From the NCBI GenBank assembly GCA_965242865.1, contig CBDETK010000013.1, forward strand, positions 64,001-128,000: DNA of 64,000 nucleotides, in the 5' to 3' direction. How positions within the stretch are numbered: the first letter of the stretch is position 1; every line of letters starts with the position of its first letter. Under the pieces are notes generated by a model. It searched no databases, was not told where the DNA came from, and saw only the letters and a list, made by a program, of their open reading frames with translations. Positions 36,680-45,982 of this stretch are shown piece by piece. The stretch is from Candidatus Latescibacterota bacterium. Its GTDB lineage: Bacteria; Latescibacterota; UBA2968; UBA8231. The translations under genes and the position numbers were made by a program.

Positions 36680-38644
36680 TTAACGGGTGATGGCGGCACC
36701 GGCATCTCTTATGGCTTTGTCGTTTCCGGTGTTTAAGGCATCGGTGAGGGGATTGCCTGATACCCTTATATGAAAGCTGTTTCCTTGAGCCTGAGCTATG
36801 GGGACGAAAGGAGCTAAACTCGTAATCGAGTTGTTGTTTAGAAATAAGTCTCTCAGGTTGGTTAGGTATTTCAACGAATCCGCCCCCGAACTCGTAATCG
36901 AGTTGTCGTTTAGCCATAGGGATGTCAGGCTGGTTAGGTATTTCAACGAATCCACACGCGTAAGCGAGTTATTTCGTAGTTCTAGGTTTGTCAGGTTGGT
37001 TAGGTATTTCAACGAATCCACACTCGCATTCATAAGCGAGTTATTTCGTAGTCCTAGGTTTGTCAGGTTGGTTAGGTATTTCAACGAACCCAGATTCGCA
37101 TTCCCAAGCGAGTTGTTGTTTAGTTTCAGGTTTGTCAGGCTGGTTAGGTATCGCAACGAATCCACACTCGTAAGCGAGTTGTTGATTATGTCTAGGTTTG
37201 TCAGGTTGGTTAGGTATCGCAACGAATCTATATTCGTAAGCGAGTTGTATAGTAGTTCCAAGTTTGTCAGGCTGGTTAGGTATCGCAACGAATCCACATT
37301 CGTAAGCGAGTTGTTTCGTAGGTTCAGGGATGTCAGGCTGGTTAGGTATCGCAACGAATCCACATTCGTAAGCGAGTTGCCTCGTAGGAGCAGCGTTGTC
37401 AGTGCCGACGCGTGTTCGAGGCCGGCCAAGTCCGTAATGGATTGATTGATCACTTCGAGTGAGGTCAGGGAAGCCAGGTGCGTCGTGGTAATATTCCCGG
37501 ACGGGAGACTCAGGGTTGTCCGTACCGCCGACAACAGATTGGCGTCGGGGAACGTAACGATACCGCCTGATGGCGGGGCCGGAGTTGGTGCTGGTGGTAG
37601 TTGCGGCGGTGCTGGTGGTAGTTGCGGCGGTGCTGGTGGTTCTTGATAGACTTGGATCGTTTCGACGGGGGGGTATTTTTCTATCACCGCTTGGACGCTG
37701 AGGCCGCTTGCCATTGAGGAGGCGAGCTGTTGGTTGGCCGCGTGCAGGCTGAGGGCGTTTTCCACCACGCCCAGCCATTGCAGGTTGGGCAGGCTCGCCA
37801 ACGGACTCACATCCGCAATCGAGTTGTCTCCTAGCTGGAGCCATTGCAGACTGGTTAGGCGGGCTAATGGCTGCACGTCCGTAACCTCGTTGCCCCACAG
37901 ATCCAGCTTGCGCAAGCGGATCAGGCTGGCCAGCGGACTCACGTCCGCCACCTTGTTCCCCCACAGCGACAGCGTGTGCAGGTTGGTCAAGCTGGCCAAG
38001 GGACTCACGTCCGTAATCGCGTTGTCCCGCAGATACAGCGTGTGCAGGGCTGTCGCGTGTTCGAGGCCGGCCACGCTCTCAATGTCTTTATAGCTCGCGT
38101 CGAGTTCGGTCAGGGACGCTAAGTCCGCCGGGGTCAGCGGCCCTGACGGGCGATCCAACGCCTTCCGCACGCACCGCTCCAGATTGGCGTCGGAGAACTC
38201 CACGGTCGCCGGTTGAGTGCTATCAGCGTCGGTCTGGGTGCTGTCGGCGTCGGTTTGGGTGCTGTCGGGGCTTTCGGTGGTCTGCCCGTCGGCAATGGTG
38301 TAGGTGTCGTCGCCCAAGAACCGCTCCAGATTGGCGTCGGAGAACTCCACGGGGGCCGATTGGGTGCTATCGGCGTCGGCGTTGGTTTGGGTGCTGTCGG
38401 TTTGGGTGCTGTCGGTTTGGGTGCTATCGGTCTGGGTGCTATCGGTCTGGGTGCTGTCCGGAGTGGTCTGCCCATCGGCAGCGGTGTAAGTCTCGTCGCC
38501 CAAGAATTCGCACAAGGCACAGGTGGCTTTGCTCGCCGGACGAGAGGCGACCGGCGCGGAGTCTTCTGAGCACCCCACCCAAGCCCCGACGATGCCCAAA
38601 AGGACGAACGCAAGCAGGGTTTTTATGGATTTCAACAACGGCAT
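36680..38644 (-). CDS. Internalin-like leucine-rich-repeat lipoprotein
   Basis: Lipobox WVGC, DSTQT repeats, VxFxDANL caps in front of two blocks of 22-24-aa LRRs, Pro-rich linker; start MPLLKS at 38644 after AAGGAG. Confidence 0.9.
   Translation of the reverse strand: MPLLKSIKTLLAFVLLGIVGAWVGCSEDSAPVASRPASKATCALCEFLGDETYTAADGQTTPDSTQTDSTQTDSTQTDSTQTDSTQTNADADSTQSAPVEFSDANLERFLGDDTYTIADGQTTESPDSTQTDADSTQTDADSTQPATVEFSDANLERCVRKALDRPSGPLTPADLASLTELDASYKDIESVAGLEHATALHTLYLRDNAITDVSPLASLTNLHTLSLWGNKVADVSPLASLIRLRKLDLWGNEVTDVQPLARLTSLQWLQLGDNSIADVSPLASLPNLQWLGVVENALSLHAANQQLASSMASGLSVQAVIEKYPPVETIQVYQEPPAPPQLPPAPPQLPPAPTPAPPSGGIVTFPDANLLSAVRTTLSLPSGNITTTHLASLTSLEVINQSITDLAGLEHASALTTLLLRGNSLTNVDSLRYLTSLTSLNLRNNSLTNVDSLRYLTSLTNLELLYNSLTNIDSLRYLTNLTNLDIINNSLTSVDSLRYLTSLTNLKLNNNSLGNANLGSLKYLTNLTNLGLRNNSLMNASVDSLKYLTNLTNLELRNNSLTRVDSLKYLTSLTSLWLNDNSITSSGADSLKYLTNLRDLFLNNNSITSLAPFVPIAQAQGNSFHIRVSGNPLTDALNTGNDKAIRDAGAAITR
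36820..37390 (-). repeat. 66/72-bp coding tandem repeats (LRR block 2)
   Basis: Recurring GGTTAGGTAT(TTC/CGC)AACGAATC...TAAGCGAGTT; AT-richer than the rest of the gene. Confidence 0.9.
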
Positions 38645-38759
38645 CTTTTGCTCCTTTATATGGTTTGAAAGAAGGGTCATGGCGCCCCAAAAACGGCGGG
38701 GTGCGCCCTAGAGCGATATTTGATACAGGAAGTAGTGCTTAGGCCAGAGAAGAATTTTC

Positions 38760-38802
38760 GGGGGGGGGGGGGGGGGTAAGTCGTTGTTTTTCAAGGACTT
38801 AC
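38760..38802. promoter_or_regulatory. G17 homopolymer abutting an imperfect palindrome upstream of the LRR gene
   Basis: G at 38760-38776, then TAAGTCGTTG-TTTTT-CAAGGACTTA; the function is inferred. Confidence 0.55.
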
Positions 38803-39108
38803 GACACATTAAATCGGCAATGACGTCAAGCACCCAACAGGGTTTTGCCCCCACAGCAAGGCCCCGGTCTGATGTGAAATGCTCAACCATGTTCTCGTTC
38901 CATTTACAAGGCTACCGCGAAGTGCCCGGACGCTACGTTGTGGTACGGCCCTGATTGGGGTTTATTGTAATCGCCCAAAATTGCATCTAAATCGCAAGCC
39001 GAGGACCCGTACCATGCTTCCCTAAAATACGCCCCTAAACGCTTTATATGCAAACTAATTTTTTGGCCATGCTGTCCACCCACTTCTCCTCTCAACAGAA
39101 AGCAGACC

Positions 39109-40293
39109 ATGTTTCGACAGTTAGAAATGGCGCCGGCCGACCCCATCTTGGGGCTGAGTGCGGCGTTCAAAAGCGATGCGAACCCAAACAAAATCAACCT
39201 CAGCGTCGGCGTCTATCGGGATGCGAGCGGTCAGACGCCGGTTTTGGCGGCCGTGCAAACGGCGCAAGAGCGCGTCTTAGCCGCCGAGAAAACCAAGAGC
39301 TATTTGAGCATTGAGGGCAGCGCGGAATACGGGGCGGCCGTGCGGGCACTCATTTTGGGCGTTGGGCACAAAGCGGCCGAGCGTGCCGTCACCGTGCAAA
39401 GCCCCGGCGGCACCGGCGCCTTGCGCCTAGCCGGCGATTTCCTCGCCCAGCACTTGGGCGATCGGGCCGTGTGGGTGAGCGAGCCGACTTGGGCCAATCA
39501 CCCCAAGATCTTTGCCGCGGCCGGCCTGCGGGTCGAGACCTATCCCTATTTCGACGCCCGCGCCAACCGCCTCAACGCGGACGCCTTGCTCGCAGCGCTC
39601 GGGCAAATCCCCGCCGGCCACGTAGTGCTGCTGCACGGCTGCTGCCACAACCCCACCGGCTGCGACCCCACCCCAGACACTTGGCAGCAGATCGCCGCGA
39701 TCGTGGCCGAGCGCGGCCTATTGCCCTTAGTTGACTTTGCCTATCAAGGGTTTGGCGACGGGTTGCACGAGGACGCGGCCGGCCTGCGGGCACTCTGCGG
39801 CGCGGGCTGCGAGCTGCTCGTGGCCAGTTCCTTTTCCAAAAACTTCGGCCTGTACAACGAGCGCGTCGGCGCACTGACCTTGATCGGCGCGGACGCCGAG
39901 GCCGCGTTTAGGGCCTTGAGCCATCTCAAAATCGCCGCACGCACGAGTTACTCCAATCCCCCGGCCCACGGTGCGGCCATGGTCTGCGAAATTCTCGGCG
40001 ACCCAGCGCTGCGCCGCCAATGGGAAGGCGAGTTGGCGCAGATGCGCGAGCGGATCAACCGCGTGCGCCAACGGCTCGTCGCTCGGCTCGGCGAACAGGG
40101 CGTGGAGCGCGACTTTTCGTTTATCGAACAGCAGCGGGGGATGTTCTCTTTTTCCGGGCTGAATGCCGAGCAGGTCGAGGTGCTGCGGGAACAGTACGCG
40201 ATTTACATCGTAGCGGGGGGGCGCATCAACGTCGCCGGCCTGACCGAGGACAACCTCGATTACTTCTGCGCTTCGCTGGCCGCAGTCTTGTGA
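39109..40293 (+). CDS. aspC: Aspartate/aromatic amino acid aminotransferase (class I)
   Basis: APADPILGL, HGCCHNPTG, DFAYQGF, SFSKNFGLYNERVG and GRINVAG motifs. Confidence 0.9.
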   Translation: MFRQLEMAPADPILGLSAAFKSDANPNKINLSVGVYRDASGQTPVLAAVQTAQERVLAAEKTKSYLSIEGSAEYGAAVRALILGVGHKAAERAVTVQSPGGTGALRLAGDFLAQHLGDRAVWVSEPTWANHPKIFAAAGLRVETYPYFDARANRLNADALLAALGQIPAGHVVLLHGCCHNPTGCDPTPDTWQQIAAIVAERGLLPLVDFAYQGFGDGLHEDAAGLRALCGAGCELLVASSFSKNFGLYNERVGALTLIGADAEAAFRALSHLKIAARTSYSNPPAHGAAMVCEILGDPALRRQWEGELAQMRERINRVRQRLVARLGEQGVERDFSFIEQQRGMFSFSGLNAEQVEVLREQYAIYIVAGGRINVAGLTEDNLDYFCASLAAVL

Positions 40294-40294
40294 G

Positions 40295-41353
40295 CTACTG
40301 CACGGAAAAGCTCAGGGCGCGCACCAGCACCGGGGAGCCGGTGAGGATTTCCCCTTGGCTCGACAGGGTGTTGCCGTCGTCGTACACAATGGTCTCGGGC
40401 CGGCCGAGGGCAATGTCCTCGTCGCCGCGCAAGACCGCCATGGGTTCGGGCCGCTGGAGAGATTCGATCAGGGCTTGATCGAGCAGGTCCAGCCCGGTGA
40501 AGCGGTCGAGTTGCCCCTCTTGGACCAGCGTGGCGAATTGCTCGTAGAACAACTCGGCGTTTTCGGCCAATAGCTGGGGACCGGCGAGGAAATACAAGGT
40601 ATAGACTTGATCGATCTCATTGAACGGGATCCAACCGTTCTCGCTGGGGCCGTATTGGACGATGTTTGAATAGACGAATTGCTCGTCAACCAAGGTCTCT
40701 AACGCGCCAGCCGAACTGCACAAAAAGGCGTGGACCTCGGCGTCTCGGCTCAGCTTAAAGCGCAGTTGCAGTTGGTCGCCCTGCTGCAATTGCGCGCCTT
40801 CCGCCAACTCGACCGCTTGGGCGACGCCTCCCTCTTCGCGCTTGGCAATCAGGTGCAGTTCCACTTCCACCGGCCCGTCGCCGGGGCCGCTTCCGCGCTG
40901 GCGCGAGGCGACCTCTTGGCGCACATCTCGCTCCAAGACGCGGCCAGTGCGGACGGCCACGAGCTCGCCGCTGGCCCGCTCAACCAAAAACATCCGCACG
41001 TACAGCCACGGAGCGTCTGCTTGGAGCCGCCCACCCAACGCCAGCGCAGCGCGCCCGCCTTGCTTTAGGCCGACCAATTCCGCGTCGCGCCACCGCTTCC
41101 CGGTGGTGTCGGCCAGCCCCACCGCGACCTCGGCTCGCAGCAGCGCGGACAGCAAGTAGTCGTTGAGCACCTTGGTCTCCTCGGTCTGCACGCCGGCGGG
41201 GTCGCGCACGCCCAGCCAGTCCACCTCGCCCTCTTGGGACTCGACGATTTCCACTAAATCTTGGGACACAGCCGCCAGTTGACGGCTTTGCTCGCGCCCG
41301 CCGATAAAGGGCACGCAGCCGCCAAGCAAGAGTACGAGCGCAATCGCCAACAC
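40295..41353 (-). CDS. Hypothetical lipoprotein with a DUF4384-like domain
   Basis: Lipobox LGGC; LQQGDQLQLRFKLSRDAEVHAF pattern. Confidence 0.6.
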   Translation of the reverse strand: MLAIALVLLLGGCVPFIGGREQSRQLAAVSQDLVEIVESQEGEVDWLGVRDPAGVQTEETKVLNDYLLSALLRAEVAVGLADTTGKRWRDAELVGLKQGGRAALALGGRLQADAPWLYVRMFLVERASGELVAVRTGRVLERDVRQEVASRQRGSGPGDGPVEVELHLIAKREEGGVAQAVELAEGAQLQQGDQLQLRFKLSRDAEVHAFLCSSAGALETLVDEQFVYSNIVQYGPSENGWIPFNEIDQVYTLYFLAGPQLLAENAELFYEQFATLVQEGQLDRFTGLDLLDQALIESLQRPEPMAVLRGDEDIALGRPETIVYDDGNTLSSQGEILTGSPVLVRALSFSVQ

Positions 41354-41354
41354 G

Positions 41355-43064
41355 TCACTGCTCCAGCCGCCGCAAAACCGGCACCAGCATATCCTCGGCT
41401 ACGCGCTCCCAACTCATCCTTTGGGCCACGGCGTAGCCTTCGGCCAGCCGCTTTTTGCGGTCGGTCGCATCCGTGGACAACTGGCGGGCCAAGGCACTGG
41501 CTACCACCCGGCTTTGCAATGCTTCGACTTCGGCGCATTCCCGCGCTCCAATCGGCTGGCCGGCGCGGGCCGCCTCGTTGAGCTGGGTATAGGCCCCCTC
41601 GATAAAGCCGCCCAATCCGGCCTCCCCGGCGGCGCGGCGCACAAAGCCGCGGCACCCGCACACATCGCTGACTACGCTGATGGTGCCAGCACTTAGGCAC
41701 TCGACTTGGGAGATGCCGAAAGGCTCGTAAATCGACTGCCCGAACTCCACGTCGCTCCCTCGGCGCAAATCGGCAAACTCCGCATTGGCCGGCAGGAACG
41801 CGCCGCAGCTTTGCTGGTCCCACCCGAATTGATTGACAAAAAGGGCTTTGACGGCCCGCGTGCGCGCATTAAAGGCGCGGACTAAAAGGTCGAATTTTAG
41901 CTCGCCGCGGCTGAGGTCGCTCCCGCCCTCGCGGTGGACCAGCGGCCACCCGTACGCGGCCATGCGCTCGATGTCCTCGGGGTCGCGGCGGCCGGTCTCG
42001 GTCGCCAATGCAATAAAAAGCGCCCGTTGCCCTCGCTCCCACAGGTGGCGGTCGAGGTGTTCGAGTACGAGCAAATCGCGCCACAACCCCTTGCTCTCGA
42101 CGAGGCGAGCGACGTGCGTGAAGACCATGTCCGGGGTCCATCCCAAGAGCGCGGCCCCGCTGGCCTGCACCTTTTTGCGTGCGGCCGCTCGCTCGGCCAC
42201 GGACAACTCAGGGGCTGGTACTCCGTTATACAGGAGGTCGATGGGACGAGCGGCGAATTCCGGCCCGAGCAAGCGCAGCTCCTCCACCACCCAATCGCCG
42301 ACCGCGAGGACTGCGTCGAGACGCCAAGCGCGGCTGACTAAGGCGTGTTTGAAATAACCGTCTTGCGGACCGAACAACTCGTCGATGTACTGACCGGTTG
42401 CTCTCGCTTGGCGCAGCGCGTTGTAAAAGGCAATATCGCGCCCGGGCCGCTCCTCCACTAAGGGCCGCACAGTGGCCACTTCGTGCGCGTAGAACAGGGT
42501 CTTACACGCGGCCTCGCTCATCAGGGCTTTGAAGGCAGTGCCCAGCCCCATGAATTCGTGCGCCAACAGCAGGAAGGGCGCGTCGCCGACTAGGGCACCC
42601 ACGGCCGCAAAACCCGGCTCGGCCAAGCGCAGGTATTGCTCGTATTCCCAGTGGTGTTCGTAGCGGTGCGATTCGAGGCCAAAGTGGAGGAATAGGTCGC
42701 GTTTGAATTCGTTGAGCCGCTGGGGCGGGTGGCTCACATCGACCAACAAAACCTCGGGCGAGGCTCGGCGTCCGTCTTGGGTCAGCAAGCACCGGCCATA
42801 GACCAGCCGCACGCCAAATTCCCGCTCGACCGCGCTGAGCCGGTCGGCGACTCGCGCCGTGCGGATGCTGCGGCTGGCGTCGTAGCGTATCTCGCCGTCT
42901 GGGCCGAGCGGTTGGGCGCGGTCTGGGTCGGTTAGAGGGCCGAGCAGGATCGTGCGCGGGCAATAGCTCTGGTAGGTACGAGCCGTGATCAGACCGCGCA
43001 AAACCGCGCCGATCCCCCCGACTTGCTGCACGGCTTCGTGCGTGACGTGGACGAGCGTGGTCAT
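41355..43064 (-). CDS. GT-B glycosyltransferase, glycogen-synthase-like (GT3-type)
   Basis: HEAVQQVGGIGAV (cf. KVGG), AHEFMG, LYNGV and SIYEPFGISQVE motifs. Confidence 0.7.
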   Translation of the reverse strand: MTTLVHVTHEAVQQVGGIGAVLRGLITARTYQSYCPRTILLGPLTDPDRAQPLGPDGEIRYDASRSIRTARVADRLSAVEREFGVRLVYGRCLLTQDGRRASPEVLLVDVSHPPQRLNEFKRDLFLHFGLESHRYEHHWEYEQYLRLAEPGFAAVGALVGDAPFLLLAHEFMGLGTAFKALMSEAACKTLFYAHEVATVRPLVEERPGRDIAFYNALRQARATGQYIDELFGPQDGYFKHALVSRAWRLDAVLAVGDWVVEELRLLGPEFAARPIDLLYNGVPAPELSVAERAAARKKVQASGAALLGWTPDMVFTHVARLVESKGLWRDLLVLEHLDRHLWERGQRALFIALATETGRRDPEDIERMAAYGWPLVHREGGSDLSRGELKFDLLVRAFNARTRAVKALFVNQFGWDQQSCGAFLPANAEFADLRRGSDVEFGQSIYEPFGISQVECLSAGTISVVSDVCGCRGFVRRAAGEAGLGGFIEGAYTQLNEAARAGQPIGARECAEVEALQSRVVASALARQLSTDATDRKKRLAEGYAVAQRMSWERVAEDMLVPVLRRLEQ

Positions 43065-43666
43065 TCCACTAGCTTTCCGCCCGTAATTCTCTGTAACAAG
43101 TGCGGTTCGTCCTTGAGAATGGGCTGAAAAGTCGGGTCGTTCTGGACCTGATCGGCTAGAGAATCCCCGCGTCTTTCTTCCTGCTTAATAAAAGCTATGA
43201 TTTCTTGGGTCGCCCAATGCACCGCTCCGCTATCTACTCGTCCGGGTGGGTAAAATTGTCCGCGTTCAACGAGAGGTCCCCATGCCGATCTCAGCAGGCT
43301 CACCTTGTCTTGAGGCACGAAGAACAAAGGAAAGTGAATGTGGCACAATTCCCACCGGAAATGCAGGTTTTCCTGTAGCAGATTTGAATAGGCCAATTCG
43401 ACGCTACTCCACCCACGACCCTGCGAGAGAAAGGTTGCCGAGACAAAATACACAACGTGTCGGCATCTTATAATATTCTCTCGAAGCGCGGCAAATGATC
43501 CTTGGCCTTTCGGGTAGTGATGGCGATCGAGCCACGGAAAGTAAGCGTTGTCTTCTAGTGCTCTGTACACGGGCAGCACTAGACGATCTCTATCTTCAGC
43601 ACAATGCGAGAGAAACACGTGATGGGTACAAGGCGGCAGACGCTCGACCTTCCAATCGCCGATCAT
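43061..43666 (-). CDS. TIR domain protein
   Basis: HVFLSHCAEDRDRLV...PWLDRHH...CRHVVYFVSATFL...WSSVELAY (putative catalytic Glu). Confidence 0.85.
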   Translation of the reverse strand: MIGDWKVERLPPCTHHVFLSHCAEDRDRLVLPVYRALEDNAYFPWLDRHHYPKGQGSFAALRENIIRCRHVVYFVSATFLSQGRGWSSVELAYSNLLQENLHFRWELCHIHFPLFFVPQDKVSLLRSAWGPLVERGQFYPPGRVDSGAVHWATQEIIAFIKQEERRGDSLADQVQNDPTFQPILKDEPHLLQRITGGKLVE

Positions 43667-44287
43667 TCAAGTCGCCCATTCGTGCAGCGGAGGAAAGGGT
43701 TCTACTTTGAGTATAGGGGGCGCAATGCCGGTAATGGCCGTAATCAGTTCCTCGCCGAGGGGCGTCGGACAGGCGAATATGTCGTGATTGATCTCCATAA
43801 CACCGCCTTCGGCCATGCTTTCACATGCCGTTTTGATCTGACCGATCCTGTATTTGTCGTCTAAAGCCGCATGTAGCGACTGGTAAGCCAAGCCGTAGCC
43901 AACCGTGCGCGTCGCGTTGAACTGCGGGAAGGCGGCGAGAATATCGCGGTAAATCTCAGGCAAGCTATCCACATCGTCCGTCCACTCAAAGGGTTCTATT
44001 TTGAGTGTAGGGGCCGCAATGCCGGTAATGGCCGTAATCAGTTCCTCGCCGAGGGGCGTCGGATAAGCGGATAGCTTGCCCTCAATTTCTATAACACCGC
44101 CTTCGGCCATGTTTTCACCCGCCTTCATAATCTGGCCGAGCGTGTATTTCCCATCCAAATCCGAACACAGCGATTGGAACGACAAGCCGTCGCCAACCTT
44201 GCGCGTCGGGTTGAACTGGGAGAAGGCGGCGAGAATATCGCGGTAAATCTCAGGTAAGCTATCCACATATTCGGCGGATATGGGCAT
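43667..44287 (-). CDS. Hypothetical protein made of two tandem 98-aa (winged-helix-like) domains
   Basis: VDSLPEIYRDILAAF...PTPLGEELITAITGIA occurs twice, DNA period 294 bp; start MPISAEY after AAGGAG; its stop directly abuts the TIR ATG. Confidence 0.75.
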   Translation of the reverse strand: MPISAEYVDSLPEIYRDILAAFSQFNPTRKVGDGLSFQSLCSDLDGKYTLGQIMKAGENMAEGGVIEIEGKLSAYPTPLGEELITAITGIAAPTLKIEPFEWTDDVDSLPEIYRDILAAFPQFNATRTVGYGLAYQSLHAALDDKYRIGQIKTACESMAEGGVMEINHDIFACPTPLGEELITAITGIAPPILKVEPFPPLHEWAT

Positions 44288-44320
44288 GTCATATCTCCTT
44301 GCGTTGAGTGTGCATGGTCG

Positions 44321-44345
44321 CGTCGCTGACAAAATAGATCGCCGC
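44321..44345 (-). promoter_or_regulatory. 25-bp element, exact copy at 45983-46007
   Basis: CGTCGCTGACAAAATAGATCGCCGC lies 33-34 bp upstream of both minus-strand starts and contains a TATTTT -10-like hexamer. Confidence 0.7.
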
Positions 44346-44429
44346 TGCGGTCGCAGCTCGTGAGGAGGTCGTTGCGGCGTCGGATGCGCTGGACGACGTC
44401 ATGTCAACGCCCCCTTCAGCTTTGGACCC

Positions 44430-45950
44430 TCAGTCCGCCGCTGCAACAGCCTCGGCTGCCGCTGAAAGTTCAGCGATGTCAAACGCCAGACGGTTGATAG
44501 TTATGGTCCCGGACACAGACATATCAGTATCCTCGACCACGACGCTCATATTGAGCGTCAACTCGCCTTCTTGGGAACCAGAAAACGAGAGCGTCCCTGT
44601 CACCGGGACGGGCATATTCTCTAGCACCTTAGCCTTATCGACGGTCAAGGTGCCGTTGAGCACCAACGCACCATCGGGCGAAAAGTCCCGAAACAACCAG
44701 TCGTTGTCGATGATCACCACTACGCCGCTTTGTCCCGGAACCGACACCACTTCATCGGCAGGGGCGACTAGCAAGGCCAAGAATATAGTCTGAATACTGG
44801 AGGCCAGGGTGCCGTATAAGTCAATGATTTCGGTAGGGGGGACCACCTCGGTGGTGGTAAAGGATTGCGCCCCCAAAAATTGCGGTTGAATAGCCCATAC
44901 CCCGGTCTGGCGGTCAATATAGCCCCATCGTTCCGTATCCCGATCCCAAACCGCCGCCAAGCCCTCGCTAAAGTCGCCCACCCGCTCAAATTGCGGTTCA
45001 ATAACCCAAGCCCCGGTCTGGTCAACATAGCCCCATAGAGAGCCGGGAACCCTCTGCCCCGCCGCCAAACCCTCAGAAAACGAACCGAAGTAGTAATGCC
45101 CCGGCTCAATAGCGAAGTGCCCTGCTGCATCAATAAAGGCACTGTGCCCAGGGTTTAACACAACCGACGCTAACCCCTCAGAAAACGAAGACGCCCCATA
45201 AAATTGCGGCTCAATGCTCCACGCACCCGACAGATCAATATAGCCCCATAAATTCGTATCCCGATCCCAAACCGCCGTCAAGCCCTCGCTAAAACCCAAC
45301 GACAGATACCCGTCAGAGAACTGTGGTTGAATAGCCCATGCCCCGGTCTGGTCGATATAGCCCCATCGTTCCGTATCCCGATCCCAAACCGCCGCCAAGC
45401 CCTCGCTAAAGCCGTACTCCCTAACGTTGGACGGCCATTCAAATTGCGGCTCAATGGCCCATTCGCCCGTCTTGTCGATAAAGCCGTACGTCCACGAGTC
45501 ACGATCCAGAACCGCCGCTAGCCCCTCGCTAAAGTCGAACACACCCGCAAATTGCGGTTCAATAACCCAATCACCATTGGGGGCGATATAGCCCCATAGC
45601 CCCGTATCCAGATCCTTCACCGCCGCCAAACCCTCGCTAAACACACGAGCCTCCCGAAAGCGAGAATACAACCACTGCCAAACCCAACGCCCTTCCGAGT
45701 TGCGAACCCACTGCCCGCTGCGATTGGGCGGAATGACCCAACGCCCTTGTTGGTCGATATAGCCCCATAACCCCGTCGCCCCATCCTGAACCGCGGCCAA
45801 GACGGCCCGGTTGTCCGATAGAGCAACCAGCGTATGCGTTGGGACCTCGTGCCCCACCTTCGCGGCTGGCGGAGCAACCGGCCCGCCTTCGCCACAACCC
45901 AGCCCGAACCAGACCAGTACGCCTAAGAAAAACCACCGTCGATTTTGCAT
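44430..45950 (-). CDS. WG-repeat (KWG/WG_beta_rep) lipoprotein
   Basis: Lipobox GLGC; about 7 repeats of WGYIDxxGxWxIxPQF...FSEGLAAV. Confidence 0.9.
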   Translation of the reverse strand: MQNRRWFFLGVLVWFGLGCGEGGPVAPPAAKVGHEVPTHTLVALSDNRAVLAAVQDGATGLWGYIDQQGRWVIPPNRSGQWVRNSEGRWVWQWLYSRFREARVFSEGLAAVKDLDTGLWGYIAPNGDWVIEPQFAGVFDFSEGLAAVLDRDSWTYGFIDKTGEWAIEPQFEWPSNVREYGFSEGLAAVWDRDTERWGYIDQTGAWAIQPQFSDGYLSLGFSEGLTAVWDRDTNLWGYIDLSGAWSIEPQFYGASSFSEGLASVVLNPGHSAFIDAAGHFAIEPGHYYFGSFSEGLAAGQRVPGSLWGYVDQTGAWVIEPQFERVGDFSEGLAAVWDRDTERWGYIDRQTGVWAIQPQFLGAQSFTTTEVVPPTEIIDLYGTLASSIQTIFLALLVAPADEVVSVPGQSGVVVIIDNDWLFRDFSPDGALVLNGTLTVDKAKVLENMPVPVTGTLSFSGSQEGELTLNMSVVVEDTDMSVSGTITINRLAFDIAELSAAAEAVAAAD

Positions 45951-45982
45951 CGCAATCCTTCTCGTGAATGATTTTGCGTGGT

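Noticed and set aside
36798-37445. 215-aa plus-strand repetitive ORF; CRISPR- or DGR-like look of the 66-bp repeats
   Set aside because: It is the antisense shadow of the LRR repeats. The differences are not adenine-specific, and no reverse transcriptase or template repeat is seen.
38803-39108. Possible ncRNA or small ORFs upstream of aspC
   Set aside because: No recognisable tRNA/riboswitch structure, and the short ORFs lack an RBS or family motifs.
43061-43666. Calling the TIR gene Thoeris ThsB
   Set aside because: There is no adjacent ThsA-type effector, and the SIR2 proteins in the window are distant DSR-type proteins.
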